Notes: generated from the sequence alone by a model not told the origin. DNA of 63,290 bases, filler included, from Globobulimina sp. (GCA_003354225.1; 43 parts of 43 records of this genome joined end to end with filler, not necessarily neighbours in it), one strand, 5' to 3'. Shown: positions 1 to 13,275, counted from the whole stretch's first letter. Program-made: numbers and translations.

Positions 1-1337
1 ATAATATGATACAATGATCATTTTCATTGCAAGTTATTAATGTGTTCCAAGCAGAATGATAACCAGTAAAATATACAGTAATATCTATTCCTGAGCTGGT
101 AATATCTGCATCATAGCATGACTCAGAACCTGTACAATAAATACATCCGATTTTTGTTATTGTTGTGAATCTACATGACATATATCCATAACAATATACA
201 GTTCCTCCATTTGCAGCAATAGATCCATGAGAACATGCATAATCCGCACTACATTCAACCATTAAATCAGTACTATTCGATATTATCTCTGCATCAGAAC
301 ATGAACTAACTCCACTGCATACAACAGACGCTTCATTGCTGTCATATGATATTAAAGAACCAGAACATGCATAGGCTGCTCTGCAACATATTGGGCCAAC
401 ATTTGTTGTATAAATATGTTCTCCATTTTCATTTTCTCGATAATTATCAAATGTTTTATCAGTTATTTGTTTGGAACATTGGTCTTCATTCGTTGCTGTT
501 ATTTGTGTTGAATTCCAAAATAAAATTTCTTTTGCATCCTGTTTTAATTAAATTTTATTTTGTATATATATTTATTTTGGTTTTATAACATACCAATTCT
601 AGATTTGTGTTAGGTGACAATGAACAATTCCCCTCATTAATAATATTACATTGTGCATTGTCATGACATATTAATGAGAGTCCACCACATCCATTATAAT
701 AACAATGTATATTACAAACACTCCCTGCTTTACAATGAATAGTTGCTTGATATCCTGCATAATATCCATAAAAATATGCGTCAAAAGTACCAGATATAAT
801 ATTTATTGTTGCAGCAAGTAATGATAATGCTCCTTTTGCAGATAAATAACCCCACTCGCCAGGTATTGAAATTGTCGAATGTGCAAACGATTTATCACCA
901 TTACACGTTAAACGACATTTTTGGAATTTGTATTGATGATAACACATTGTGATTGATATATTTGTATTAATTAATGAGTTTGCCCCATCTCCATAGATAC
1001 TGTCTGCGTAAATGGGTCGCATATATCCACTATTTGAGCATGAAGATGTTCCTTTGCAGCCGAGGTAATTTGTATAAATATATGGGGTTTCTTTGCAGGA
1101 TAATGCACCATAACAATAACGACTATATGAGTTAGGTGATGTGGATTGTAATAAACTCTTATAACCATATCCCCAGAAAAGATCATCACGGTTACTTCCA
1201 ATATCTATATCTCCCGCACATTCAGACGCATTGTAAAAATAAATATTTTTATTATAACTATAAGCATAGCCAATAAAAGCAGATAAGAAAAAAAGAGAGA
1301 TCGTGGTTTGGTTTCCTTTGGAACCTTTATTTTTCAT
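1..1337 (-). CDS. Secreted or surface Cys-rich protein with CxGxxSC/AC repeats, 3' partial; intron 539-593
   Basis: Hydrophobic N-terminal segment (ISLFFLSAFIGYAYS) and repeats CYGALSC, CKGTSSC, CNGDKSF. A phase-0 GT-AG intron joins to an exon (DAKEILFWNS...CSGVSSC...CYGYMSC...CTGSESC) that is open to the contig edge. Confidence 0.75.
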
Positions 1338-1375
1338 TTTTTTTATAACAATATATCGCACGAATGGTAGCTAGC

Positions 1376-1475
1376 NNNNNNNNNNNNNNNNNNNNNNNNN
1401 NNNNNNNNNNNNNNNNNNNTTAATTAATTAANNNNNNNNNNNNNNNNNNNNNNNNNNNNNNNNNNNNNNNNNNNN
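1376..1475. other. Artificial contig linker (N-run + TTAATTAATTAA + N-run, 100 bp); first of 42 identical linkers recurring every ~1473-1475 bp
   Basis: An identical spacer with six-frame stops recurs. Contig lengths of 15x1375 + 21x1374 + 7x1373 plus 42x100 sum exactly to 63290. Confidence 0.99.
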
Positions 1476-1802
1476 GTTACAGACACATATTCATACAATC
1501 ACATATCTGTATATTTGGATAGAATTAAGAAATATGCAAAGGAAAATGCACCAGTATTGCTCATTGGAAATAAAATAGATTTGGAATCTAATAGATCGAT
1601 ATCGTACAATGCTGCCAAACTATTTTGTGATAATCATAAAATTGAATACATTGAAACCTCTGCAAAAACTTCTGAAAATATTGACAAAGCATTTTATAAA
1701 ATGACAGATATGATAAAGTCAACCAATGATATGGAATATAAAAGTTATTTCTGGTATCAACACCTTAGAAAAGAAAACCAAAAAGGATGCGTTTTGTTGT
1801 AA
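1476..1802 (+). CDS. Rab/Ras-family small GTPase, C-terminal half (5' partial)
   Basis: G4 motif GNKID, G5 motif ETSAK, C-terminal prenylation motif CVLL; frame is open to the contig start. Confidence 0.9.
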   Translation, partial: VTDTYSYNHISVYLDRIKKYAKENAPVLLIGNKIDLESNRSISYNAAKLFCDNHKIEYIETSAKTSENIDKAFYKMTDMIKSTNDMEYKSYFWYQHLRKENQKGCVLL

Positions 1803-2100
1803 AATTAAACTATGATTTCGAAATTCTTCTCATTGATGTACACAGCTCAAATTTCAGATAAATATGACCAAAATCAATGTTACAATACAGTCGCGACAGC
1901 CTATCGTTGATAACACCAAATAAAAATCACGTTACTTTAAATTATAATTATCACCGGCAATATAAACAAAAAAAATAAGACAAATCAAACGTTAATAATT
2001 AAAAACAATCAAAGCACAAATAAACAATCAAAGCTATCATTCAGAAAGTGATTAAATTAACACATTTACATTGAAATACGTAAGTTTCACATTATTCGAA

Positions 2101-2850
2101 TTAGATACAATTAGAAACGGAATTTCTTTTAATTGTAGATTTCTGAGTCAATTTCTCAATATCATTTACAATCAATTGCATGGCAGCTCGCAAAGTCGCA
2201 ATATAATATCCAGGCATATCCATCCTCAAATTATCCACTACAAAATCATCAATTAAATCCACCTCCGCCCACAAACAATGTAGATTCGCCTGAGTCAATA
2301 TGTAAGCAAACAGCGACAACAACTCATCGGGTGTGATTTGCACCGGATCCCTCCTCCGATTCTCATAATATTTGTCAATGCAATCCCGCAAAATATCCGC
2401 TGTCCGCACCACACATTGGATCTTATCCTCCGGTGTGTCGTAGGACGGCATTTTCTTTATCTCCAACACAGCGGACAAGTATGGATTGCATTGCTTATCT
2501 TCGTCAGTCTCAAAATATTCCTCATCTTCCACCATTTCCTCAGAAACATTCGTTACCTCACAAATATCCACTGTATGAATGCTAACTTTTCTATTATTAT
2601 GTAATTGGTTCGCTATCTTTCCGGCGTGCGAACCAGCCAACATTTGTTTAGTTATATTATTAATATTATCTTTAAATTGCATTTTGATGGCTTTGCTCTT
2701 CACATTTACGCGTTTTCCAGGCGGCGTTGGGTGGTTTTCCTGGTGCTCGTTTTGCGGAGTTACGCTTATTTTGGGTGTTTTTGTCGGAGATGTTATCATT
2801 GCGGGTTTATTCGTGTTAGTTTTATTAAAATTCGTTTTTAGAAACTGTTG
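2101..2850 (-). CDS. VPS9-domain protein (Rab5-type GEF), 5' partial
   Basis: TPEDKIQCVVRTADIL, ITPDELLSLFAYILTQAN (acidic finger) and GYYIATLRAAM match the VPS9 domain pattern. Confidence 0.85.
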   Translation of the reverse strand, partial: QQFLKTNFNKTNTNKPAMITSPTKTPKISVTPQNEHQENHPTPPGKRVNVKSKAIKMQFKDNINNITKQMLAGSHAGKIANQLHNNRKVSIHTVDICEVTNVSEEMVEDEEYFETDEDKQCNPYLSAVLEIKKMPSYDTPEDKIQCVVRTADILRDCIDKYYENRRRDPVQITPDELLSLFAYILTQANLHCLWAEVDLIDDFVVDNLRMDMPGYYIATLRAAMQLIVNDIEKLTQKSTIKRNSVSNCI

Positions 2851-2968
2851 NNNNNNNNNNNNNNNNNNNNNNNNNNNNNNNNNNNNNNNNNNNNTTAATT
2901 AATTAANNNNNNNNNNNNNNNNNNNNNNNNNNNNNNNNNNNNNNNNNNNNCAAACCTTGGGATCGTTG

Positions 2969-3998
<1,030 letters not shown>

Positions 3999-4001
<3 letters not shown>

Positions 4002-4107
4002 TGTCCCCAGTGAAAGAGAAATCCCTATTCCCGGATTAACTGACTCTGCCTATTGGGTAAAATTGAGGCTGAAGAATGAAACTCGTGAGCAGAAAGATTG
4101 GCGTCTC
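3999..4107 (+). other. Bacterial 7TMR-DISM extracellular-2 domain fragment (chimeric insert)
   Basis: Translates as [36 protein letters not shown], which resembles the DISMED2 'GxTxSAYWxRxxLxN...W' motif. It sits between an unrelated eukaryotic gene and a bacterial ABC gene. Confidence 0.5.
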
Positions 4108-4325
4108 ATATCAAAGCAGCGCTCTTTTTGGCTCTATGACTTTGCATGAAAACGTCCGCCTCCCACTGGAAGAATTTACCAATCTAAGTCCGGAAGCCAT
4201 GGACCTCATCGTCCTGATGAAATTGAAATTAGTAGGTTTGAATGGATCTGAGAATCGCATGCCATCAGAGCTCAGCGGAGGAATGCAGAAGCGTGCTGCC
4301 ATTGCCAGGGCAATGGCACTGGATC
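4091..4325 (+). CDS. mlaF: Bacterial ABC transporter ATPase fragment, MlaF/Ttg2A/Mkl type
   Basis: [26 protein letters not shown]...[23 protein letters not shown]; the SGGM signature is typical of the MlaF family. No Walker A motif upstream. Confidence 0.8.
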
Positions 4326-4653
4326 NNNNNNNNNNNNNNNNNNNNNNNNNNNNNNNNNNNNNNNNNNNNTTAATTAATTAANNNNNNNNNNNNNNNNNNN
4401 NNNNNNNNNNNNNNNNNNNNNNNNNAGGCAATAGAGTGAGGACTATTTATTAATCCACGCTGCTGGCAAGCAATCCTCTTAGACATAAGTAGACTTTAAA
4501 TGTAACGGTCTCAAAAAAAACTTAGTTGGCCATAGTCTAATGTGAATTTTAAGGTCATTTTAACGATTTAATTAACAGTCAATTAAAAGAGTTCAATGAA
4601 ATGGCAAAATACATATAAAACAATGAAAGAATACAACAAAAATACTCAAAAAT

Positions 4654-5800
4654 CTAGACAAAAGAGTGTTTACTGGACGACTGACTGCTATCATTTGAAT
4701 CATTATTCTGATTACTATTTATTTTCTCATCTCTGCCAATCACATCACTCACCAACGACGCATCGAAATTAATTTGATTGAGACCAGTCATGGAATCATG
4801 TACTAGCTGATTATAATTGTTGTCGACATTGTTATCATTGTCAGTGTAATGTATATGTCGATGCGTATGCGTATGTGTGTGAGTGCTGTGTGTTTGTGAT
4901 GGCTGTTGAAGCGACCTCGAAGGCAATGAGTTTATACTATGCGTATTGCTCAATTCGGGCGCATACACTCCCTTCAATTTAGGTTGTCGATTATTGTTCC
5001 AATCTGGCTCAATTTCATCAAAAGTCACATGAGAGTCATCATTATCTAATTTAAAGCCACCCAAATTATTCTGAACATTATTCTGAGTTTGGTTACGTTC
5101 ATTATATATCCCTCGATAATCATAATCATCCTCCTCCAATAAACCGCCCTCTTCCATCAAATCACCATATTTGCGCCGAACTTCTTGCTTAAATAACATC
5201 AATTTATCCTGTTCCTCGTCAATACGCTGTAAGGCTCTGTCACATTCCTTTTGTGACAAAATAAACACAAATAACATATATATATTCTATGCAGGATAGC
5301 AATGTACTTAACATGGTCCCAATTCACCCAAAACCTGAAAAATAAGAAAAAAAAGGAGCCGATAGCGGCAGAGAGAGCAGCTCCAATCCACAGCCCTTTG
5401 ATGTACAATGCTGTGTTGTTTGCGCCAGGAAGGCCGTCGTAAGCCAACCAAACACCGAACGGCATTCCAACGCAGTAATATGCAAAGATGTAGATGGCAG
5501 CGCCAATATTTTGCCGTCCCATTCCTCGCGCTCCTCCAGCTGAGCCCCGTTGGTATGCGTAAAATAAAAAATATACTCCACAGAATGGCAATGTTTCCTC
5601 TACGATGCTCCGCACACTCTCCAAATGCGTGTAAACTGTTCAACCACAACAAAAATAAGATATATATATAAAAGAAAATAACAAACTATGCGACAATGGC
5701 CCCGCCAACAAAAACAAGCAAGCAGCAAACAGGAGGCCGGAGGCCACAGACAGCGCAATACTGCAATCATAAATAATTTTGGCCGACATTGCCCTCTGTG
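4654..5800 (-). CDS. MATE (SLC47-like) efflux transporter, 3' part, multi-exon, with a long hydrophilic tail
   Basis: GARGMGRQNIGAAIYIFAYYCVGMPFG, GLWIG, and VNWDH spliced to ECDRALQR match the eukaryotic MATE C-terminal pattern. Confidence 0.85.
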
Positions 5801-5900
5801 NNNNNNNNNNNNNNNNNNNNNNNNNNNNNNNNNNNNNNNNNNNNTTAATTAATTAANNNNNNNNNNNNNNNNNNNNNNNNNNNNNNNNNNNNNNNNNNNN

Positions 5901-7142
5901 TAATAAATCAATTTTTTTTAATGTCACTAATGAAATTCCGTTAATTTGTTTTCTTTCCATATTTTCCAAAATAATATCAAAATCCAAACAATTTGGAACT
6001 GCATTTTTATTCATCCAATTCATTTTATGTTGTATCCATAATAAAATATCATCAGACTGCCATTTATGCCATAAAGCCTCAATTTGTTTCCATCCCAAAT
6101 TTATTTTTGTAAATGAATTTGAAATATAATTTTTATTTAAAACTTGGAATTTTTGAAATCCTTTTAAAAGATCAAAATATGACAATGAATAATCCATATA
6201 TTGATTGATATTATTTTCCAGTTCATACACTTTATTTTGCGTATTTTTTTGACATTTACTCAATGCATTTTGTTCATCGATCTTTTGATTGCAATACAAA
6301 TTTAAGTCACGCATTGAATTTATTAATTGCTGGCAATCTTTTTTAACAATTTTATATTTTTCAGCTCTTTCATGATTTTCATCATTTATACGTTTCAATT
6401 CATTTTGATATTTAATAATTTCATCATCGATTTTAAATTTCTGCCTCATGACTGGTAAAATTATATTATTTTGTGATGATTCTAAACGTTGTTGTTGTAT
6501 TTCAGTACGCTTTTCAATCATTGTTTGAATACGAACTAAATCTTTAATATTATTCAAATCCGGCAAATCGTGCATGTTCTTCATGTTTACAATAACACTT
6601 TTATTTAATTCTTCGTTTATAATATCTAATTCCTTTGTAATCGTATTCCATTCTGACAATATTTTAACATTATTCATCAAAATTTCTTCAATTTCTTCTT
6701 GATTTTCCACGTCTTGGTTTTTAAATGATGACTCATCTTTTTTTAAACAGCATTGTTTTTTTAATGCCAAATATTCATATTCTCGCTCATTGTATTTACT
6801 TTCAAATAATAATAATAATTCTTTCCTTTCTTGTTTGTATTCTTTTCTTTCTTTTAGTAACGATTTAATTTGTTTTGCCTGAGGTACCATTATTTTCTTT
6901 CTCAAAAAACCAATTGTTGGTCGTATTCGTTTCGAAGCATTTGAACACCAAAAATCATAGGAACTGGAATAGTTTTCATATCCAACTAATATATCGTTGG
7001 TATTTGTTTTGTGATTAAATTTTAAGGAATAAATAGTTGCCGCAAACCATCCTCTTCCATCATATGCTTGGATTGAATCTCCTGTACTTATGTGAGACCT
7101 CCAATCGCAAAAATGTTCCGATATAGTAGAAATAGAAGCCAT
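5901..7142 (-). CDS. Tudor/chromo-barrel-like domain + coiled coil + SAM-like domain protein, 3' partial
   Basis: N-terminal WRSHISTGDSIQAYDGRGWFAATI...VGYENYSSSYDFW...IRP; long coiled coil; C-terminal WQSDDILLWI...INGISLVTLKKIDL. Confidence 0.65.
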
Positions 7143-7200
7143 GTTTGAGTATATATAGCAAAAAGGGCGAACTGTTCAGTAAATTTTCACTTGTGACATA

Positions 7201-7275
7201 ATGAGAGCTTCAGAGTCAAACAAAGATTCTTTAAAAGCAAAGATGAACCAATACACTGTTGATGAAGCTCTATCT
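7201..7275 (+). CDS. N-terminus of a possible MFS (SVOP/OCT-like) transporter
   Basis: MRASESNKDSLKAKMNQYTVDEALS is open to the contig end; 'YTVDEAL' resembles the SVOP-like N-terminus. Only 25 codons are visible. Confidence 0.35.
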
Positions 7276-7375
7276 NNNNNNNNNNNNNNNNNNNNNNNNN
7301 NNNNNNNNNNNNNNNNNNNTTAATTAATTAANNNNNNNNNNNNNNNNNNNNNNNNNNNNNNNNNNNNNNNNNNNN

Positions 7376-8750
7376 GCTGACGCCGAGGTTTACCAAGATG
7401 ATCAATTGGAGGAAGTTTACAGGCTAAACGACTCATTTTTTGAGAAATTTTACAATGCGAATGTATTTGATCCGAATTACGCCTCTGAAAATAGTATGGT
7501 CAGTGTGCTAATCCACGACGAATCGCCCATCGTTTCCCCCGTCAATGCTATAAATGCAATAAACGCACTCAACGAAGATGATGAAAAATATGAAATGTCG
7601 CAGATGCCGCCACAAGACATGATATTGAAAAACAAAAAAAGGCGCAAACACCGAAAATCATGGAGTCACAGTTTAAATCGGAGGTTATCCGGTTTGTTCA
7701 CCTCCGGTTCGAATAATAGCGCTGTAATCAATGCATATGATCAATATGATAATGAGGAGGAGGTTAAAATGGATAAATTGAGCAAGAAACAACAAAAAAA
7801 ATTGAAGAAAAAAGCGAAAAAAGAGAAAAAAAAGCACAAAAAACATCTAAGATCCAAATCCCAGGCACTCGCTATGAGAATGGGGCAGGAAAAGAAGAAA
7901 AAGAAAAGGAAGCAGTCCCACGTGGAACTGTTGAAAAGTAACAACGACGAAGCGGATACATTTAAGATACTATTATTGGGCGGATTGGCCAGTGGCAAAA
8001 GCACTGTTTTTAAGCAATTGAAAAATATCAATGCGAATGGCAATGGATTTGATGACAGACAGAAGAAAGATTTCAGGCTCTTGATTTATTCGCAAATCTT
8101 AGACTCTTTCATTGAAATTATCGACAAAATTGACGAGTTACGCGAGGATGAGGCGTATAATGAGCATAATAAATATTATATAAATTATGAGAATAAGACC
8201 ATAAATAATTTAGTAAATTATGTGCAAAACAAATTGACTGCCAATGAAATGTTAAAATGTATAAAAAGCGGCCAGCACATCAACAAAATCAAGCGATATT
8301 TGTCTACTTTTTGGAAATTGAATGGAGTGCAAAATGTGTACATTGATAAAAGAAACGAAATTGAAAATATATCCGATTCGATGAGCTATTTTATGAGCGA
8401 TGATAATTTGGAGCGTATATTGTCGCATAAATATATGCCGACGATGAGGGACATTTTGTTAGCTCGGAAGCGGACCATTGGAATAAATAAAATCAAATTG
8501 CATTTAGACATTGATAATCTGTGTATTGATGTGGATAATTTGGCCAATAAAACGAGTGTAACCATCTGCGATGTTGGCGGCGCAAATATGGAACAAAAGA
8601 AATGGAGCCATAATTTTATTGGTGTGACAGCGATTATTTATGTGGTCAGTTTGTCTTCGTTTGATGAGAAATATGGAAACTATGAGACTTATCAATTGAA
8701 ACAAGAGCTAAATGTGTTTAATAAATATATAAATTGCAATCAATTAAAAA
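7376..8750 (+). CDS. Divergent heterotrimeric G-protein alpha-like protein with a long basic N-terminal extension (partial at both ends)
   Basis: KILLLGGLASGKSTVFKQL, YMPTMRDILLARKRTIG and DVGGANMEQKKWSHNFIGVTAIIYVVSLSSFD. Confidence 0.9.
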
Positions 8751-8928
8751 NNNNNNNNNNNNNNNNNNNNNNNNNNNNNNNNNNNNNNNNNNNNTTAATT
8801 AATTAANNNNNNNNNNNNNNNNNNNNNNNNNNNNNNNNNNNNNNNNNNNNTTTATTGCCTATTTAAATTTCATATATTTAATAAAGTGAATTAGAGTCTA
8901 CATTATAATATATACACTGTACAGTACA

Positions 8929-10161
8929 TTAATAATTATTGTTGAATGCTTTTAACATTTTAATATATTTTGTGGCATGCTTTGCATAATTATCTTTCCA
9001 GAGTTTATAATCATTTTTAATTAAAACCTTTGTGGATATTAATGTGGCGAAAGGAAACACAATTTTTAAATTTGTCTGTAAATTTTGATCATTTGCTTGT
9101 AATATCTCATTGTAAATAACTTTTAATTGTTTGTGTTTGTTCCATGGATCACTAAAATGATAATAATCATTGTGAGATAATGTAAATGTGTCCGTTGAAA
9201 ATAAAAGCAATCTTTGTATGTTGGTGAAATTGCGTAAAACGTTAAATATCGATTTGCTTAATGTTGGTATGATACATTCAATTAAGTTATTACAGTTTTG
9301 GTTGCATTTCTTAAATGACATTTTGCCGCGAATTGCTTTAAAACGAATGGATTTCAATGAAGGAGATAAATAAAATGTGCCTTTCCACGAAACATTGACT
9401 AATTCCAAGATGGACAATTTTATGCATTTGCTAAAATATTGAATCTCTTTCATATCAAATTCGCATTTATAAATTGATAAATATTCAATTGAAATGAATA
9501 TGTTTTGATAAAAGATTTGTTTTTTCCACAAATTGCTGGAAAATAAATTATTTCCAAATGAATGCAAATGTAAACTCAGCAAAGACCGCGGAAATAATAT
9601 ATTATATTTCATATTAAATACGCCACTTAAAAATAAATGGGAGATATTATTGCTATTTGGCAACGACAAAATATTTACATTTCGCTGCGATATTTTTTTA
9701 TTATTATTATAGTCGCAATTTATTGAAATCTCAACAATCGAACACTGGCAACTTAGCCATTGAAATGGATCACAGAATTTAGTTAAACTCAGTTTTGAGC
9801 GTTTATTCAATTCATTCGATGCTAAATACCAACGATTTAAATGTTCGACAACCTTACAAATAAATGGATGTCGCATTGGATAATTTACGACAATACACCA
9901 ACGGCCATATTTATATGCAATCCGTATGAAGGGCTTTTTCATTTTTTTTGATGAATCTCTGGCGATGATAGGAACAATCCAAAGGTCTTGGAAACATTGT
10001 GGTGAATATATTAATTCAGAAAATGATTTATTTATTTGGGTTAAACCAACAATGCGTTGTTTCACTGATATAAATTGTATTAAATGGATTAGAATATCCA
10101 CAGGTAACCAACCATCAGATTCACTGTCTTTGCGTACTTGGAGCCATTGTTCAGTTGACAT
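8929..10161 (-). CDS. F-box + degenerate LRR protein
   Basis: WLPVDILIHLIQFISVKQRIVGLTQINKSFSELI is an F-box; LxxLxL repeats follow downstream. Confidence 0.7.
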   Translation of the reverse strand: MSTEQWLQVRKDSESDGWLPVDILIHLIQFISVKQRIVGLTQINKSFSELIYSPQCFQDLWIVPIIARDSSKKMKKPFIRIAYKYGRWCIVVNYPMRHPFICKVVEHLNRWYLASNELNKRSKLSLTKFCDPFQWLSCQCSIVEISINCDYNNNKKISQRNVNILSLPNSNNISHLFLSGVFNMKYNILFPRSLLSLHLHSFGNNLFSSNLWKKQIFYQNIFISIEYLSIYKCEFDMKEIQYFSKCIKLSILELVNVSWKGTFYLSPSLKSIRFKAIRGKMSFKKCNQNCNNLIECIIPTLSKSIFNVLRNFTNIQRLLLFSTDTFTLSHNDYYHFSDPWNKHKQLKVIYNEILQANDQNLQTNLKIVFPFATLISTKVLIKNDYKLWKDNYAKHATKYIKMLKAFNNNY

Positions 10162-10387
10162 GAGGATTTTTAGTACTTAGTACTATCTCTATACAAATTA
10201 TTACAGCTGTACATATAAGGGATGGNNNNNNNNNNNNNNNNNNNNNNNNNNNNNNNNNNNNNNNNNNNNTTAATTAATTAANNNNNNNNNNNNNNNNNNN
10301 NNNNNNNNNNNNNNNNNNNNNNNNNACAATAATATTGTTTGAAACAGGGCTAATTACTGAGTTTCAAGCAATAATTAAAAATATGTC

Positions 10388-10426
10388 CGATATGGGTTGG
10401 TTGGCGCGAAGCGCCAACCCATATCG
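10388..10426 (+). repeat. GC-rich hairpin with a GCGAAGC mini-loop
   Basis: CGATATGGGTTGG...CCAACCCATATCG is a perfect 13-bp inverted repeat enclosing TTGGCGC-GAA-GCG. Confidence 0.8.
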
Positions 10427-10674
10427 CCCAGATTTGCATTTATTATACAAACTCAGTAATTTGCCCAGTTTCAAACAATATTATTGTGTTTCAATCAAAC
10501 TAATCCATTATATTTGTATCAAAATGTGACTTTCCCATTAATTTAAACGTAAATAATTAATAAATATATATTTAAAAACGATTGTTTTCATAGTTTTCAT
10601 ATTTTTTTAGTCTGATTTTATTAATTATTGACGATAAATACACATATTAACAGCATAAAAAGACAATTACAAAA

Positions 10675-11700
10675 ATGGTGGAATCGTTTGCAAATAAAAA
10701 TATAATCGATTGGGAAGCGCCTGAAGCCGCAACCGAAGTACTCCGCAAATATCCAAAATTAGCAAGGCAAATTGTCAAATTATATTCTGTCGTTGATACG
10801 ACATTTAAAATTGCTGCAAAACATGACTATCAGCTGACGGATACTATGGCATTATTAGAAAAATCAAATGCCGTTTTGCCGTTTCATTATGTATTAGTAT
10901 CAAAGCAAGAAAATATGATTTCGCATGCAATTAATTTTGGTTTTTTCATACAATATTTGTGTGAAAAAATACCTGATTTAAGAAGAGTGGCGAAGACATT
11001 ATTATGTTGTTCGGATTTATGCTCAAAAATTAGAGCAGGATGGTCTGTCGCATTATCCTTACATATTAATGATAAATGGACAGAATTAGTGAATGAAAAT
11101 CGAATAATCAAATATTTTTATCATGAAACTGGCGAAGTAAAGCATAATTTATTAGATTGGAATCAAAAATTTACATTGGAATGGTTGAAACAAAATAATA
11201 TTGACAATATTTTTGAAAATGATTTTGTTCATTCCGGTCGGCAGCCGGAGAAAATTGCAGATGGTATGGATAGCGGTGAAAAACATGAATTTATTTTTGC
11301 GATGAAAGAATTATTAATTGTGGAGTCATTTGATGAGGGAATTAAAAAAATGAATAAAATATTTATTAAGTATACGCCACATCCAATTGTTGGCAAAATT
11401 TTGCGTCGATTATTTTTAGATGTTTATTGGGTCCGATTACATTATGGATTCGCACGCCACGCCAAATCAAGTCGAATCATACAAGGATTAATTTTCAATC
11501 ATAGTAATTACGTCGAGAACTTACATGGTGCTCAATTCAATGAAGTTCATAAGCAGTCAATATCCCCAGTTAGATTAATTTTATTTGTTTCTAAAAAAAT
11601 GGATGCTAATTATGAGAGATTTATCGCTGAAGATGCCAAAAATACTAAAAAATATGGCACACCGAATGTTGATATTAGAGAAAAAAATATTAATAAGTAT
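10675..11700 (+). mobile_element. Mutator-like (MULE) DDE transposase, 3' partial
   Basis: Motif order VVDTTFK (D1), CCSDLC (D2), VKHNL (in the CxxH position) and NHSNYVENLH (E) matches MULE transposases; the ORF is intronless. Confidence 0.55.
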
Positions 11701-11800
11701 NNNNNNNNNNNNNNNNNNNNNNNNNNNNNNNNNNNNNNNNNNNNTTAATTAATTAANNNNNNNNNNNNNNNNNNNNNNNNNNNNNNNNNNNNNNNNNNNN

Positions 11801-13175
11801 CGAATATAATTGACCCGTACCAACCGGCCAAACTACTGCAGGAAGCAATGACTAGGCCTCCAAAGCCAAAAGCGAGTCCTTTACATAATAAATGGCATAA
11901 ATATATTGACAAATTTGTCCCAGAATACCTCAAAAAACACAGAGAATCCCCTATAAATGACCTAAATGATATGCATAATATTAAAAATGATAAAATCAAA
12001 CAAAATAAGGTTTCAAAAATAAAAGATCCATCAAAAATAAATGTTGATATTCCAATCCCAAATAATAAGTATTCTGTGCTAAATGACCCAATTCTTAAAT
12101 ACGAGATCCGTTCGGTAATTAAAAACCTAAAGACACATAAAGCATATGGACCCGATAGAATCCATAACCAAATGATCAAACATGGCGGTGAACCTCTCAT
12201 TGATTGCTTAATTCCCCTATTTAATAAATGTATGACAAATGGAGTGTTCCCAAACTATTGGAATTTCTCCCACTTACTACCGATACCGAAACCAAATAAA
12301 GATCACAGTAACCCTAAGAACTACAGACCCATTGCGGTCTCTTCTTGCTTAGGTAGAGTTTTTGAAAAAATACTGGCAAATCGACTGCAACATTTTTGTG
12401 TAACAAACAAAATATTTGACAATTTCCAATGTGGCTTTCAAATAAACCGCTGTTGTGACGATGTATTAACAACTTTTATAACTGACATACAAACTTCATT
12501 TGATATGGTCAGTGATACTGATGTTGTATTTACTGACTTCTCCAAGGCCTACGACAGTGTTTGGCATAATGGATTATTGTATAAATTAATTAAAAATAAT
12601 ATAAAAGGAAATATACTAAATGTCTTGGCCTCTTTTATCCAGACAAGATACACAAAAGTAGTCGCTAAAAAAGCAGAGTCAAATTGGGTTGCTCAGCCAA
12701 TAGGCGTACCCCAAGGATCTGCATTATCTCCCATTCTCTATATATTATTCACCAATGACTTCCAACTTAAATTTCCAAACTTTGTCCACTTTGCGTGCTT
12801 TGCCGATGACACGGCTTTTTGGACTAGCCCTGGCTCGAAGGACCCACTCCGATACAAATTCCTCCAAAAAGAACTAAATAACTTTGGCGATTGGTGCGAT
12901 AAATGGCAATTAATGATAAATCCGTCAAAATGCCTCTCCATAAACTTTGCGCATAGTAATCCTATCAAATACTATCCTAAATACACAAATAAATATGATC
13001 CAACTACAAATAAAACGACCCAAATAAGTAAATATCATATACATTCCATTCCAATTAATTATGAGAAATCAGCTCGATATCTGGGGTTATGGTTTGATGA
13101 AAGACTTAATTTCCATGCCCATTTCGCCAAAATAAAAGCAAAATCCATGCGTAGTTATTGGAGATTATTTTTCAC
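11801..13175 (+). mobile_element. Non-LTR retrotransposon (LINE) reverse transcriptase, internal fragment
   Basis: KAYGPD, PIPKP..NYRPIA, QCGF, DFSKAYDSVWH, GVPQGSALSP, FADD and YLG motifs in an uninterrupted frame. Confidence 0.96.
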
Positions 13176-13275
13176 NNNNNNNNNNNNNNNNNNNNNNNNN
13201 NNNNNNNNNNNNNNNNNNNTTAATTAATTAANNNNNNNNNNNNNNNNNNNNNNNNNNNNNNNNNNNNNNNNNNNN

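Noticed and set aside
1376-1475. Regularly spaced palindrome TTAATTAATTAA as a biological repeat array
   Set aside because: It is always embedded in N-runs and total lengths fit length-sorted contigs; it is an artificial six-frame-stop linker.
1476-2850. Functional Rab + Rab-GEF (VPS9) gene cluster
   Set aside because: Both families are large, the Rab lacks visible Rab5-type evidence and both genes are partial; the adjacency is plausibly chance.
4076-4325. Horizontal transfer of a bacterial ABC gene into the eukaryote
   Set aside because: The gene is fragmentary, destroys the Arf start and is joined to a second unrelated bacterial fragment; a chimera is more parsimonious.
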